Source: Candidatus Poribacteria bacterium (GTDB lineage Bacteria; Poribacteria; WGA-4E; PCPOR2b). Taken from it: a stretch of DNA of 64,000 nt. The stretch is taken from NCBI GenBank assembly GCA_965198175.1, contig OZ240245.1, positions 1,120,001 through 1,184,000 of the forward strand. The letters are read 5' to 3'. Shown in pieces: positions 1 through 9,739 of the stretch (positions are counted from its first letter, which is position 1; every line of letters begins with the position of its first letter). Made by a program: the position numbers and the translations under genes. The notes under the pieces were generated by a model, which made no database searches, had not been told where the DNA came from, and saw only the letters and a list, made by a program, of their open reading frames with translations.

Positions 1-843
1 GCAATCTCAAATGCGATCCGGCGTTCCCGAGTTGGGTTGCAAGATCCCAACCGACCAATCGGTTCATTTGTCTTCATGGGTCCGACTGGGGTCGGTAAAA
101 CGCACCTTGCAAAAGCACTGGCGGAATTTTTGTTCGATGACGCGAGCGCAATGGTGCGAATTGATATGAGCGAGTACATGGAGAAACACACGGTGTCAAG
201 ACTGATCGGCGCGCCGCCGGGCTATGTTGGCTACGATGAAGGTGGGCAGCTCACAGAAGCTGTCCGTCGTCATCCTTACGGCGTAGTGCTGTTTGACGAG
301 ATTGAGAAGGCGCACGCAGATGTGTTCAATGTGCTGCTGCAACTGCTTGACGATGGACGGTTGACCGATGGGCATGGGCGCACTGTCGATTTCAAGAACG
401 CAGTCGTGATTATGACATCGAACATTGGCACCCAGTGGATTAGCGCAGGAGACTTAGACGTTGATGAAATGCGGAATCGAGTCACAGAGGCGATGCAACA
501 ACACTTCCGCCCTGAATTCCTCAACCGCATTGATGATCTGATCATCTTCAATCGACTTGGTATCAAGGAGATAAAAAGGATTGTTACACTCGAGTTGAAT
601 CAACTCAGCGCCCGCCTCGCGGAGAAAAATATCACGCTGAATCTTGCGGAGATCGCAAAGGAAGAGATCGCCAATCGCGGTTATGATGAGGTTTACGGCG
701 CCCGTCCGATCCGTCGCACCATCCAGCGAGATATCCTGAACCCATTAGCCGTTGAGATACTTGAAGGAGAGTTCCGCGAGGGAAGCGCGGTTGAAGTCGA
801 TTGTGACGATGGAGAATTTCTTTTCCGTGAAGCTAGAGTATAA
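1..843 (+). CDS. clpB: ATP-dependent chaperone ClpB, C-terminal part (gene starts before the window)
   Basis: Frame is open from base 1 ([23 protein letters not shown]). NBD2 Walker [37 protein letters not shown]. Confidence 0.9.
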   Translation, partial: AISNAIRRSRVGLQDPNRPIGSFVFMGPTGVGKTHLAKALAEFLFDDASAMVRIDMSEYMEKHTVSRLIGAPPGYVGYDEGGQLTEAVRRHPYGVVLFDEIEKAHADVFNVLLQLLDDGRLTDGHGRTVDFKNAVVIMTSNIGTQWISAGDLDVDEMRNRVTEAMQQHFRPEFLNRIDDLIIFNRLGIKEIKRIVTLELNQLSARLAEKNITLNLAEIAKEEIANRGYDEVYGARPIRRTIQRDILNPLAVEILEGEFREGSAVEVDCDDGEFLFREARV

Positions 844-932
844 TCTCAATTACCGTGTGCAAGCGTAACATTTATCGCCAATATTTCACTTCCTAGATGC
901 AACTCGGGTCGTCATAGCCGGAGTCGTGGGAG

Positions 933-1214
933 TCACGGTTCTTCCACCCATGCTGGAATTCTCACGAATTCGGCTGCGAGTAGATTCTGATGGCATTGAA
1001 AAGTACCACTCACCGCCGTCGAACCTGAGCTGACAGATTGACAGAAGTGCGCACTTTGAATCCCACTCACTATCGCACTAAAGTCGAAGAGCGCTGATAG
1101 CAACAGTTTGTGCTTGACATCAAATATTGCGAATGCTATCATTCAAGCGGTCAGGTTTACGTCAAGACTGGCTTGCGTCCTGCACTCCCAAGTCCAAACG
1201 TGGTAGATATTCAT
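933..1214 (-). pseudogene. Eroded remnant of a paralog of the 8343-9662 protein
   Basis: AGGAGG RBS plus ATG at 1214, followed by broken frames. Contains SALFDFSAIVS versus ASIFDFSAIVS in the intact gene. Confidence 0.45.
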
Positions 1215-1393
1215 TCACTCCTCCTCTCCTGAAATGGATGCTGCCTCGTGTTTACCCAATGAATTGATTGTTATGCTGGACAAGTGTGTCGACTCGGCGG
1301 GAGAAGCGGGGAAACCCTTTCGTTTTTGGATGACGGTCGGATTGGTTGTTCGATTTCGCGTTCTGGTCGATTTTATGGCAGGTATTACGCATC

Positions 1394-1816
1394 ATGGCAG
1401 TTATTCTTGGATTAGACATCGGTGATGCACGAATCGGCGTCGCAATTAGCGATGAACTCGGAATTGCAGCGCACCCGCTCTGCACAATCACGCGGAAGAG
1501 TCGTAAAGTGGATCTGGCAGCTTTACATGCCCTGATTGACGCGCATGGGGTAGAGCAAATCGTCATCGGGTTGCCGCTTCGGCTCAATGGTGAGATTGGG
1601 ATTCAAGCACAGAAGGTCAAAAAATTTGCTGCGGTTTTGGAGCGTACATTCAATCTGCCGATTTCTTTCTGGGATGAACGGTTCACCACGATTGAGGCGG
1701 AACAGATTCTGCGGGAAACGAAAAAACGCCGTAAGAAGCGGAAGAGGGTCATAGATCAGGTGGCAGCCGTGTTGATTCTTGATGGTTATCTAGAGGAATT
1801 ACAAAACTGTCTTTAG
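1394..1816 (+). CDS. ruvX: YqgF/RuvX family RNase H-fold nuclease
   Basis: ILGLDIGDARIGVAISD, IGLPL, WDERFTT, IDQVAAVLIL. Start moved to ATG 1394. Confidence 0.92.
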   Translation: MAVILGLDIGDARIGVAISDELGIAAHPLCTITRKSRKVDLAALHALIDAHGVEQIVIGLPLRLNGEIGIQAQKVKKFAAVLERTFNLPISFWDERFTTIEAEQILRETKKRRKKRKRVIDQVAAVLILDGYLEELQNCL

Positions 1817-1909
1817 CGAGGATGGTATCTTGTATGTCTCTTAAGTGAAGTAATCGCGGTGAATGCCAAGTAACTAATATTGGATTAGGCGTAAAAAAGC
1901 AAAAATACA

Positions 1910-2947
1910 ATGAGATTGCGCATCCTTCGTAAGGACGCAGCACTGCGTGTCCCTTCAATTATCAATTTTACAATATTCAGTTTGTCTATCTCGGGCACGA
2001 TTGCAGCGTTTGTTGCGTTGATGTGCCTGAAGCCTGTCAGTCGAGATGCTAAACCGCAGATATCCGCAATTTCTATCGGCATGAGTTCAAAAGCAATAGC
2101 AAAACAGCTTGCTCGTGAAAATCTGATTCGCAGTTCGATGATGTTCCAATTGATGTCTCGGTTCAGCGGAGTTAGTCGTGATTTGAAAGCAGGAACCTAC
2201 CAGTTGAGCGGTTCGATGACACTCATGCATATTATCGATCAGCTTAAAGCGGGAAGGGTAGAGACGCGCCGATTTGTTGTGCCCGAAGGCTTGACGATTG
2301 CTCAGATTGGACAGCTTTGGGAAAGCGAGGGATTTGGAACCAAAGAAGCGTTCGCTCGGTCTGCTAGTGCTCCACAGTGGCGGGCAAAATTCAGGATTGA
2401 AGGGGAAACGTTGGAAGGCTATCTTTTCCCAAATACTTACCAATTGGCTGATGGAACACCCCCTCACAAACACATTGAAGTGATGCTCAATATATTTTAC
2501 CGGTCGTGGACACCAAGGTTGAGTGAGGAAGCCGAATCGCTACAATTATCTACACACGAAGTGGTTACTTTGGCATCAATTGTTGAAAAGGAAGCAAAGC
2601 ACGCTCATGAACGTCCATTAATTTCAGCTGTTTACCACAATCGCCTGCGTCGAGGTTGGCGGTTGGAAGCGGATCCAACTGTTCTTTATGCGCTTGGAAA
2701 TCCCAAACGTCGATTGACAAGAGTGGATCTCGAAGTAGATTCTCCATACAATACATACCTTCATAAGGGGTTACCGCCAGGGCCTATTTGTAATCCGGGG
2801 ATGGATTCAATTTTTGCAGCCTTACGTCCCATTTCCACCTCTCATCTTTACTTTGTAGCGATTGACGATGGAAAACATCACTTCTCAACAACCTTTAGGG
2901 AACACCAAAAAATGATTCGCCAAATTAAAGCGCGGGGTACGAATTGA
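1910..2947 (+). CDS. mltG: Endolytic transglycosylase MltG
   Basis: N-terminal TM, VPEGLT, LEGYLFPNTY, ASIVEKE, DSPYNTY, GLPPGPICNPG. Confidence 0.93.
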   Translation: MRLRILRKDAALRVPSIINFTIFSLSISGTIAAFVALMCLKPVSRDAKPQISAISIGMSSKAIAKQLARENLIRSSMMFQLMSRFSGVSRDLKAGTYQLSGSMTLMHIIDQLKAGRVETRRFVVPEGLTIAQIGQLWESEGFGTKEAFARSASAPQWRAKFRIEGETLEGYLFPNTYQLADGTPPHKHIEVMLNIFYRSWTPRLSEEAESLQLSTHEVVTLASIVEKEAKHAHERPLISAVYHNRLRRGWRLEADPTVLYALGNPKRRLTRVDLEVDSPYNTYLHKGLPPGPICNPGMDSIFAALRPISTSHLYFVAIDDGKHHFSTTFREHQKMIRQIKARGTN

Positions 2948-2989
2948 CAGGTTTAAACTTGTCAGCCTACAAAGAAGGGAGACGTTGAT

Positions 2990-4273
2990 TTGGAGCAACA
3001 ACAGACAATTCAGAATGAGGCGAAAATTTCAGGGTGTGGATTGATGCTTGGCGAACCAGTTGAACTGATCTTTAAATCTGCTCCGGAAGATTACGGAGTC
3101 GTATTTCACCGAATCGATCTCCCCGGTAAGCCCTCGATTAGGGTTTGCCCCGATAACTATGAAGCAGCGATACCCCGCTGTACTAGCCTACGTAGTGGAG
3201 ATGCGACAATCAGTAGTGTTGAGCACCTGTTGTCGGCGTTGGCAGGTATGGGGATTGATAATGTGAGCATTGACATTAACGCACCGGAGCCGCCTGCACT
3301 AGATGGAAGCGCACTGCCATATGTTCATCTTATAAAACAGTCTGGCATCATTCAACAAAACGCCCCGCGATCCTTGATTGAATTATCGGAACCGTTCGCT
3401 GTTTATGACAAGGACAAGCAACTTATCTTACTCCCTTCAGATGTTTTGCAAGTCTCTCTCGTGTACGATCATCCTCGAATTCCGCCTCAAGTGACAACTT
3501 ACATCATCCAGCCAGAGATATATGAAAATGAGATTGCTCCTGCACGCAGTTTCTGTTTCGCCGATGAAGTCGAGGCGCTCAAAAATCAGGGGATTGGTAA
3601 GGGAGCGACTCATGAAAACGTAATCGTTGTTGATGAAGGTCAAAAGACGAGTGATGCTTTAAGGTTTGAGGATGAATTCGTTCGACACAAAATCTTGGAT
3701 TTGATTGGCGATCTTTACTTGGGTGGTCAGCTTCCCAAATCACATGTCATTGCGATACGATCCGGTCACACTTTACACGCGCAACTGATTCAAATGCTAG
3801 CGGAAAAACGACTTATTGGACCGCGGTTAACGAAACCGGTTGAATCCATGGAGATTTATCGGATTCTCCCACACCGTTATCCCATGTGCATGGTCGATCG
3901 GGTTATCGAAATCGAACCGGGAAAACGAGCAGTCGGTATCAAAAATCTCACATACAACGAGCAATTTTTTCAGGGCCATTTTCCTGAACAGCCGGTGATG
4001 CCAGGCGTATTACAGATGGAGGCGTTAGCACAACTTGGCGCATGGTTGTTACTACAAGAACAAGCTGTTGAGGGACAACTTGGATATTTTGCCTCGATTA
4101 AAGAAGCGAAGTTTCGACGCCCCGTAATTCCGGGCGATCAACTCAGATTGGAAGTTGAAATTCTACGGAGACGTCGGACGTGGGCGCGAATCGGTGTCAA
4201 AGCATATGTCGATGAAGAACTCACAGCCGAGGGGGAGTTGGCAATTGCGCTTAATGAAAACACAGCAGCGTAA
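2990..4273 (+). CDS. lpxC-fabZ: Bifunctional LpxC deacetylase / FabZ dehydratase
   Basis: LpxC motifs VEHLLSAL and RHKILDLIGD, then FabZ motifs LPHRYP and FQGHFPEQPVMPGVLQMEA. Confidence 0.93.
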   Translation: MEQQQTIQNEAKISGCGLMLGEPVELIFKSAPEDYGVVFHRIDLPGKPSIRVCPDNYEAAIPRCTSLRSGDATISSVEHLLSALAGMGIDNVSIDINAPEPPALDGSALPYVHLIKQSGIIQQNAPRSLIELSEPFAVYDKDKQLILLPSDVLQVSLVYDHPRIPPQVTTYIIQPEIYENEIAPARSFCFADEVEALKNQGIGKGATHENVIVVDEGQKTSDALRFEDEFVRHKILDLIGDLYLGGQLPKSHVIAIRSGHTLHAQLIQMLAEKRLIGPRLTKPVESMEIYRILPHRYPMCMVDRVIEIEPGKRAVGIKNLTYNEQFFQGHFPEQPVMPGVLQMEALAQLGAWLLLQEQAVEGQLGYFASIKEAKFRRPVIPGDQLRLEVEILRRRRTWARIGVKAYVDEELTAEGELAIALNENTAA

Positions 4274-4409
4274 GAAATCGACTTTAACGCCGCTAGCTTA
4301 ACTTCTGAGTGACTCCACATAGCGCTTGCTGTCAATGATTGTCACTAAATGAAGGAATAGAAACATGCCCTCTGCGCATTTACGGCAGTTATGAATGGGG
4401 AGACGACTA

Positions 4410-5201
4410 GTGAGTAAAATTCACCCGACCGCAATTATTTCTCCAACAGCAGAGATCGGGGAGAACATTGAAGTCGGACCCTTTTCAATCATCAGCGACG
4501 AGGTCCAAATCGGTCGTGGAACGGTGATTGGTCCACATGTTCAAATTGATCGCTGGACAATCATTGGCGAAGAATGCCAAATCTTCTTCGGGTGTACCAT
4601 CGGTAATCCTTCAAAAGATCTTAAATACGGGGGTTGGCGAAGTTATGTCCGAGTTGGAAATCGGAATGTGTTGCGAGAATACGTTTCTATTTCCAGATCT
4701 ACTGTTGAGGATGCAGTAACGATTGTTGGAGATGATAATTTATTAATGAATTGGGTGAACATCGCCCATGACGTTGTTGTTGGACATCGGACAATTATGG
4801 CGAATTTTGCTACTCTGGGCGGACATGTAATAGTCGAGGACGATGCGCGAATTGGCGCGCATGCTGCATTTCATCAATTTGTACGAGTTGGCAAAATGGC
4901 AATGGCTGGAGCATGCTCGAAGTTTGTACAGGACGTACCGCCATTCACCATTTCCGACGGTCATCCCGCCCGTGTCCGTGCATTGAATGTGGTTGGTCTC
5001 GGATCCTCAGGAATCCACCCTATGGCATCCCTCTCGCCGGAAACGATCAGGCATCTCAAACAAGCCCACCGCATCCTTTTTCGATCTAAGGTCGATTTCA
5101 CCAAGGCAATTGCACGGGTGAGAAGTGAAGTCGATTCGAACGAGGAAGTGGAATATCTTCTGAACTTTATTGAAAACTCTAATCGGGGTATTGGGGTTTA
5201 G
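4410..5201 (+). CDS. lpxA: UDP-N-acetylglucosamine O-acyltransferase LpxA
   Basis: IHPTAII start, hexapeptide repeats, IAHD, HQFVRVG, QDVPPF. GTG start at 4410 after GGGGAG (ATG 4395 is the alternative). Confidence 0.93.
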   Translation: MSKIHPTAIISPTAEIGENIEVGPFSIISDEVQIGRGTVIGPHVQIDRWTIIGEECQIFFGCTIGNPSKDLKYGGWRSYVRVGNRNVLREYVSISRSTVEDAVTIVGDDNLLMNWVNIAHDVVVGHRTIMANFATLGGHVIVEDDARIGAHAAFHQFVRVGKMAMAGACSKFVQDVPPFTISDGHPARVRALNVVGLGSSGIHPMASLSPETIRHLKQAHRILFRSKVDFTKAIARVRSEVDSNEEVEYLLNFIENSNRGIGV

Positions 5202-5250
5202 ACGTAAAAGCGTTAGAAAGTGGACATAAATTTGGATTGGGAGAGCAGGG

Positions 5251-6054
5251 TTGGAGAAACTCGGAATTGTCGCAGGGATGGGAGAGTTACCCGTGTTGAT
5301 GGCGCAGGCGGCGATCGATTACGGACGCTTACCGGTTGTCATCCCAATCACGCAAACCCCCTCTAAGCGATTGGCAGATGTTGTTTCCGAGATGTATCCG
5401 GCTGGTATTGGACAAATCCAAAAGATTACACGCATATTTCTCGATTCAGGTGTCCGGGAAATAGTGATTATTGGAAAGATCCATAAAAGCGTGCTACTTC
5501 GTCCCTTTCTAGTGGATGCGACAGCAGTAAAAATTCTAGCAAGAACTCGGAACAAAGGTATCCGCGCGATCATGGCTGCGGTTATTGATCATTTTGAATC
5601 GAAAGGGCTCTCTGTCGTTGAGCAACACCGTTTCCTCAAGGAATTAATGCCTAAAGCTGGAGTATTGACGAAAAAGCAGCCGACGGCATCGCAATGGACA
5701 GATTTGCAGTACGGTATGCAACTGGCTCGTCAAGTTGCAAACTTGGACATTGGACAAACAGTAATCGTCAAAGCGTTAATGCCAATTGCTATTGAAGCCA
5801 TTGAGGGAACAGATCAGGCAATACAACGTGGCGGAGACCTCGGTGGTAAAGGGATAGTTGTTGCCAAAGCCGCGGCTTGCCATCACGATTTCCGAATTGA
5901 CGTTCCAACTGTTGGAGATGAAACTCTGAAAGTGCTGCGTGAGGTTAACGGAAGCGTTCTGGCTGTTGAAGCGGAGCGTACATTTGTGGTAAATCAGGCA
6001 GTCCTTTGCAAACAAGCAGATCTATGGAATATTTCCATCGTTGCTGTGGAGTGA
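5251..6054 (+). CDS. lpxI: UDP-2,3-diacylglucosamine diphosphatase LpxI
   Basis: LGIVAGMGELP, LDIGQ, AIEAIEGTD, DFRIDVPTVG; follows lpxA. Confidence 0.9.
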   Translation: MEKLGIVAGMGELPVLMAQAAIDYGRLPVVIPITQTPSKRLADVVSEMYPAGIGQIQKITRIFLDSGVREIVIIGKIHKSVLLRPFLVDATAVKILARTRNKGIRAIMAAVIDHFESKGLSVVEQHRFLKELMPKAGVLTKKQPTASQWTDLQYGMQLARQVANLDIGQTVIVKALMPIAIEAIEGTDQAIQRGGDLGGKGIVVAKAAACHHDFRIDVPTVGDETLKVLREVNGSVLAVEAERTFVVNQAVLCKQADLWNISIVAVE

Positions 6055-6282
6055 GATTGGAGTCGAAAGTAATGCGCAGTACCCAGCACCTATGATTAGT
6101 TCATGTTCCAACATGTCCTGACACACTAGATTCTGAAGGCGATGCAGAGCAGAAATGAAATAAGAGATGCTTGTGGGAGAAAAAAAATAGATTAGGGAAA
6201 GTAAGGAAGTGGATGTTTGTGGAACGCAGGGGATGATCCTTACGTTCCACACATAACATAGAAAGCATTCACACCCTGTTTC

Positions 6283-6513
6283 TTAGCTCGCTTCAATAGC
6301 TGAAGTGATCTGCTTCGTGGTTGGAAACTCGCCTGTTTGGAGTTTAGAGTAGATTAGGTTTCCATTACGCGTCACCTCAAAGCAGCCACCGCTGCCCGGG
6401 ACAAGGGTGAGTCCCTTAATATCTGTCTTGTATTTATCCAAGAGTTCCTGCGTCAAACTGACGGCTGTGGGTAAATAGCCTCAAGCAGTGCAATATTCAA
6501 TTTGTAGATTCAT
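6283..6513 (-). CDS. Rdx (SelW/SelT/SelH) family selenoprotein, 76 aa, CxxU motif; not in ORF track
   Basis: MNLQIEYCTA-U(TGA 6483-6481)-GYLPTAVSLTQELL...LVPGSGGCFEV...IYSKLQTGEFP. AGGAGG RBS. SECIS-like hairpin CGTCA-GTT-TGACG just 3' of the UGA. Confidence 0.9.
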
Positions 6514-6585
6514 CGCGAATCCTCCTAAGCAGTCAATTTCCTTAATAGTGGGGCATTAAAACCGCTCCCAATCTGATAATTTACA

Positions 6586-6614
6586 ATTTTACAAAAATTT
6601 TGAGCACTTCGCAA
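6586..6614 (-). promoter_or_regulatory. sigma70-like promoter of the Rdx selenoprotein gene
   Basis: TTGCGA-17bp-TAAAAT on the minus strand. Confidence 0.5.
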
Positions 6615-6680
6615 GTATTTTCCGCGCTTCCATGTATGAGTATAAGCGGCGAATCGACTGACAATGCACTGCCAATAGAT

Positions 6681-7487
6681 TTACCAGCGCACTCGACAAA
6701 ATTCCTCATAGTCAATCAGTTCGTGGATAGTCGGATTTTCACCGCACATAGGACATTGGGTATCTTGTCGAAGGTTTAACTTTTTGAATTCCATCGTTAA
6801 AGCGTTGAATAGAAGTAACCGACCGATGAGCGGTTCGCCAATGTCAAGCAAAGTTATGATAGTTTCAACCGCTTGTACACTTCCGATAATTCCCGGCAAT
6901 ACACCAAATACGCCTGCCTCTTGACAACTTGGTGCCATCCCCGGCGGCGGTGGCATGGGATAAAGGCAGCGATAACAAGGTCCCTTACCCGGATAGAACA
7001 CTGTCGCTTGTCCTTCAAACTGAAAGATGCTGCCGTGTACGTTCGGCTTGCCGAGCATCACACAAGCATCATTGATCAGATAACGGGTGGGGAAGTTATC
7101 ACACCCATCAACAACCAGATCGTACCCTCCAATAATCTCAAGTGCGTTTTCTGAAGATAGGCGTTCTGTGTGGGTAATAACCTTTACATCAGGATTAATA
7201 TCTGCAATCGTCTCCTTCGCAGACTCAACTTTTGGACGACCGATATCACTCATACCGTGCAGAATTTGTCGTTGAAGGTTGCTCAGATCTACGATATCTT
7301 GATCGATGATTCCCAACGTTCCGACGCCAGCAGCCGCAAGATAAAGCCCAGCCGGTGAACCTAATCCGCCTGCGCCAATGAGCAAAACTCTCGATTCGAG
7401 GAGCTTGGTCTGTCCCATCCCACCAACTTCTTTGAGGATGATGTGTCGGCTATACCGTTCAATTTGCTCGTTACTGAAATTAAACAT
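6681..7487 (-). CDS. moeB: MoeB/ThiF family adenylyltransferase (E1-like), no rhodanese domain
   Basis: ERYSRHI, IGAGGLGSP, SNLQRQ, DGCDNFPTRY, CYRC and CPMC zinc motifs. Confidence 0.85.
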   Translation of the reverse strand: MFNFSNEQIERYSRHIILKEVGGMGQTKLLESRVLLIGAGGLGSPAGLYLAAAGVGTLGIIDQDIVDLSNLQRQILHGMSDIGRPKVESAKETIADINPDVKVITHTERLSSENALEIIGGYDLVVDGCDNFPTRYLINDACVMLGKPNVHGSIFQFEGQATVFYPGKGPCYRCLYPMPPPPGMAPSCQEAGVFGVLPGIIGSVQAVETIITLLDIGEPLIGRLLLFNALTMEFKKLNLRQDTQCPMCGENPTIHELIDYEEFCRVRW

Positions 7488-7530
7488 CTGAATGTCTCTC
7501 CCTCGTGAAACGCCTCAATAGACGCCACTA

Positions 7531-8109
7531 CTAATCCTCCAGATTTGCTAGAAGGTCCGAAACGCTTTTGTTTGAACTCGCAGAAATCCGAATCATGAAC
7601 CGCTCTCGCGTGTCCTCGGATGCAAGTTCAAGTGTGAAATCATTACTCCCGTACATCTGCTGAAGCACGAAACTCAATTCCTGCCTAATCCCCTCAAAAG
7701 ACTCATCGGTATTCGGGGCGATATGTCGATTGTTGACCATAAACAGGATGTCATCGCCATTGAACCGAACTTCGTTCTCCAGTTCTTCAGCTTCTTCCAA
7801 ACAATGGCACCTTTGAAGCGTTTCGACAAACGCTTGATGAAGTTTTTGGCGATTACTCCCTTCTGTCTTATGCTTCCGGTTGTAGAGGAAACCGTGACGG
7901 TTCTGGGCGTTATCAATGCTATAATTCGCACGTTTGGAAATCAACAGCACACCGGGACCTGCATGTGTAAAGGAATAATCTGCGTAGTTCAGGTAATCGT
8001 CCTGATCTGCTTCCGTCATCCACCGGTTGAAGACTTTAATGAAGTTCTCGTAACTGATACGACTGTCTTCTGTAACGAAGACCTTGATGTTAATCTGTTG
8101 TAAGTCCAT
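7531..8109 (-). CDS. Hypothetical protein (192 aa) directly upstream of moeB
   Basis: Long ORF co-oriented with moeB, 43-bp gap; conserved-looking ADYSFTHAGPGVLL. Confidence 0.7.
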   Translation of the reverse strand: MDLQQINIKVFVTEDSRISYENFIKVFNRWMTEADQDDYLNYADYSFTHAGPGVLLISKRANYSIDNAQNRHGFLYNRKHKTEGSNRQKLHQAFVETLQRCHCLEEAEELENEVRFNGDDILFMVNNRHIAPNTDESFEGIRQELSFVLQQMYGSNDFTLELASEDTRERFMIRISASSNKSVSDLLANLED

Positions 8110-8342
8110 TAGTAGTTGTATCCGTAAATTCCTTTTCTATAAAAATATGAATTAACACCCAACAGGACCATGAGGAGACGAACAAAGCCGCCTGCTCAAA
8201 AATCCAGTTGCTGCGGGGGTGCTGGCTCAATTTGATTAGGGACTTGGAATCCAGTAACGATTGCAAGTTTCTAGTAGTAACTCTGGCGTCGCGCTTTTAA
8301 CGAATTACCCCTCGCAAGAACGTTGTCTGTCGTGAATAGCTA

Positions 8343-9662
8343 TTATCTCAGTGCTTTCCATCTCCACGTTGGGGCTTCTGAATAGGTGAACTGTATCTTT
8401 TCGCCCGGTTCTAAGGTAACTGTCTGTCCAGCGAAAAGTCCGGAGGAGATGGTTTGAGTGCTTGACGGTCGCGGAGGTGGCGGGGAGAGTTGGGGGCGCT
8501 TGAGATTATCCGCCAGGCTTAGGCTTCGCGGATAGGTCTGCTGGGTACTTCCGGCGTCCGTCAAGGTCCAATTTGAAACCGTGCCCGGTGTAAGGATAAT
8601 AACTTGCACGGTATAAGGCGTGGTGTTCATTATAGATTCCCCAGAGGCGGGAACCGGCGGCGTGGAAACATCGAAACCGACGGGCCAGTTGGCAATGATT
8701 CGATTGGTTGGGGTTTCGGCTCTGTTTGTGATACCATTCGGCAAATTGAAGGCGAATACGGTGTTGTCTCGGGCATCTGGCTCAAAAACAATGTCGTGTC
8801 CGGGCGCACGTTTACCATAAAATGATAGGTTCAGCAAGTTCCGCTGCGCGAAGATGTCCACCCCGATTGCTTCTTCCGGTACAAAATCTTCAGCTGTAAC
8901 GTACCGTCCTGTCTGCTGGTCCAAATGCACACCTTTCGGTGCATGATATGACATCTCAAAACTGTTATGAACTATCTTCGTCGACCCAGGGTCCCCCAAT
9001 CGAAGACCGGTGCACCTCTCCCTTGCGTGGTATTGATTGCCATATCTCACATCTATCTGATTGTTACTAATCCAGTGTCCCGTGCCAGCGCCGTCAGTCA
9101 CATGAACTGCAGTACCCATCGAGTTTGTCTCTTCAGCGACAATTTTGCTGTTGATAATTAACCCTTTGGAGGAGTCTATCAACATCGCGGTACTATCGGG
9201 ATGATGTGAGACAATCGCCGAAAAATCAAAAATGCTGGCGGTAATAACAACGAAATCGTCGGGGCCCGGCGTTTCAGGCTTAATGCAAACCACAGCGTCA
9301 CAGGATTGAGAACCGATGAGTCCAAATTTGTACCGACAATTCATCTGGCTGTCAATCTGAATTGCGTGCCCGGTACTTTTTGTATACGATAATACGTAAT
9401 TTCCACCATCAACTTTGAGGTCCTGGCTCCAGGGAACTCTTAGTGTCTCATCCAGCGTATAAACGTTATCCGGTAACCCTTTTCCGTCGTGCATACCACC
9501 TCTGCCGCCGAAAATGTGAACGTCTCTACAATTTTTGTGCGCATAATCAATCGCTTCTTGGATTCCGCTGGTTTTCGTCCCCGGTGTGTTGGGACCAAAA
9601 TCGCCGTCATCGTCGGGACCTTGTAGTGTAACAAAAATATAAGGTTTACGTCTGTTGCTCAT
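8343..9662 (-). CDS. Hypothetical protein, possibly right-handed beta-helix fold
   Basis: AGGAGG RBS before ATG 9662. GTKTSGIQEAIDYA resembles the N-terminal helix of pectate-lyase-superfamily proteins; Asn/Gly/Ile-rich beta pattern. Confidence 0.65.
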   Translation of the reverse strand: MSNRRKPYIFVTLQGPDDDGDFGPNTPGTKTSGIQEAIDYAHKNCRDVHIFGGRGGMHDGKGLPDNVYTLDETLRVPWSQDLKVDGGNYVLSYTKSTGHAIQIDSQMNCRYKFGLIGSQSCDAVVCIKPETPGPDDFVVITASIFDFSAIVSHHPDSTAMLIDSSKGLIINSKIVAEETNSMGTAVHVTDGAGTGHWISNNQIDVRYGNQYHARERCTGLRLGDPGSTKIVHNSFEMSYHAPKGVHLDQQTGRYVTAEDFVPEEAIGVDIFAQRNLLNLSFYGKRAPGHDIVFEPDARDNTVFAFNLPNGITNRAETPTNRIIANWPVGFDVSTPPVPASGESIMNTTPYTVQVIILTPGTVSNWTLTDAGSTQQTYPRSLSLADNLKRPQLSPPPPRPSSTQTISSGLFAGQTVTLEPGEKIQFTYSEAPTWRWKALR

Positions 9663-9739
9663 CCTGTTACCTCCTAGTAGAAATTGTGGACAATTTTCTC
9701 CTGCTCGCAGCGTCGACAAACAGCATGAAGAGTACATCC

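Noticed and set aside
8110..8340. Moco or other riboswitch upstream of the moeB unit
   Set aside because: No recognisable conserved riboswitch motif by eye; an Rfam scan would be needed.
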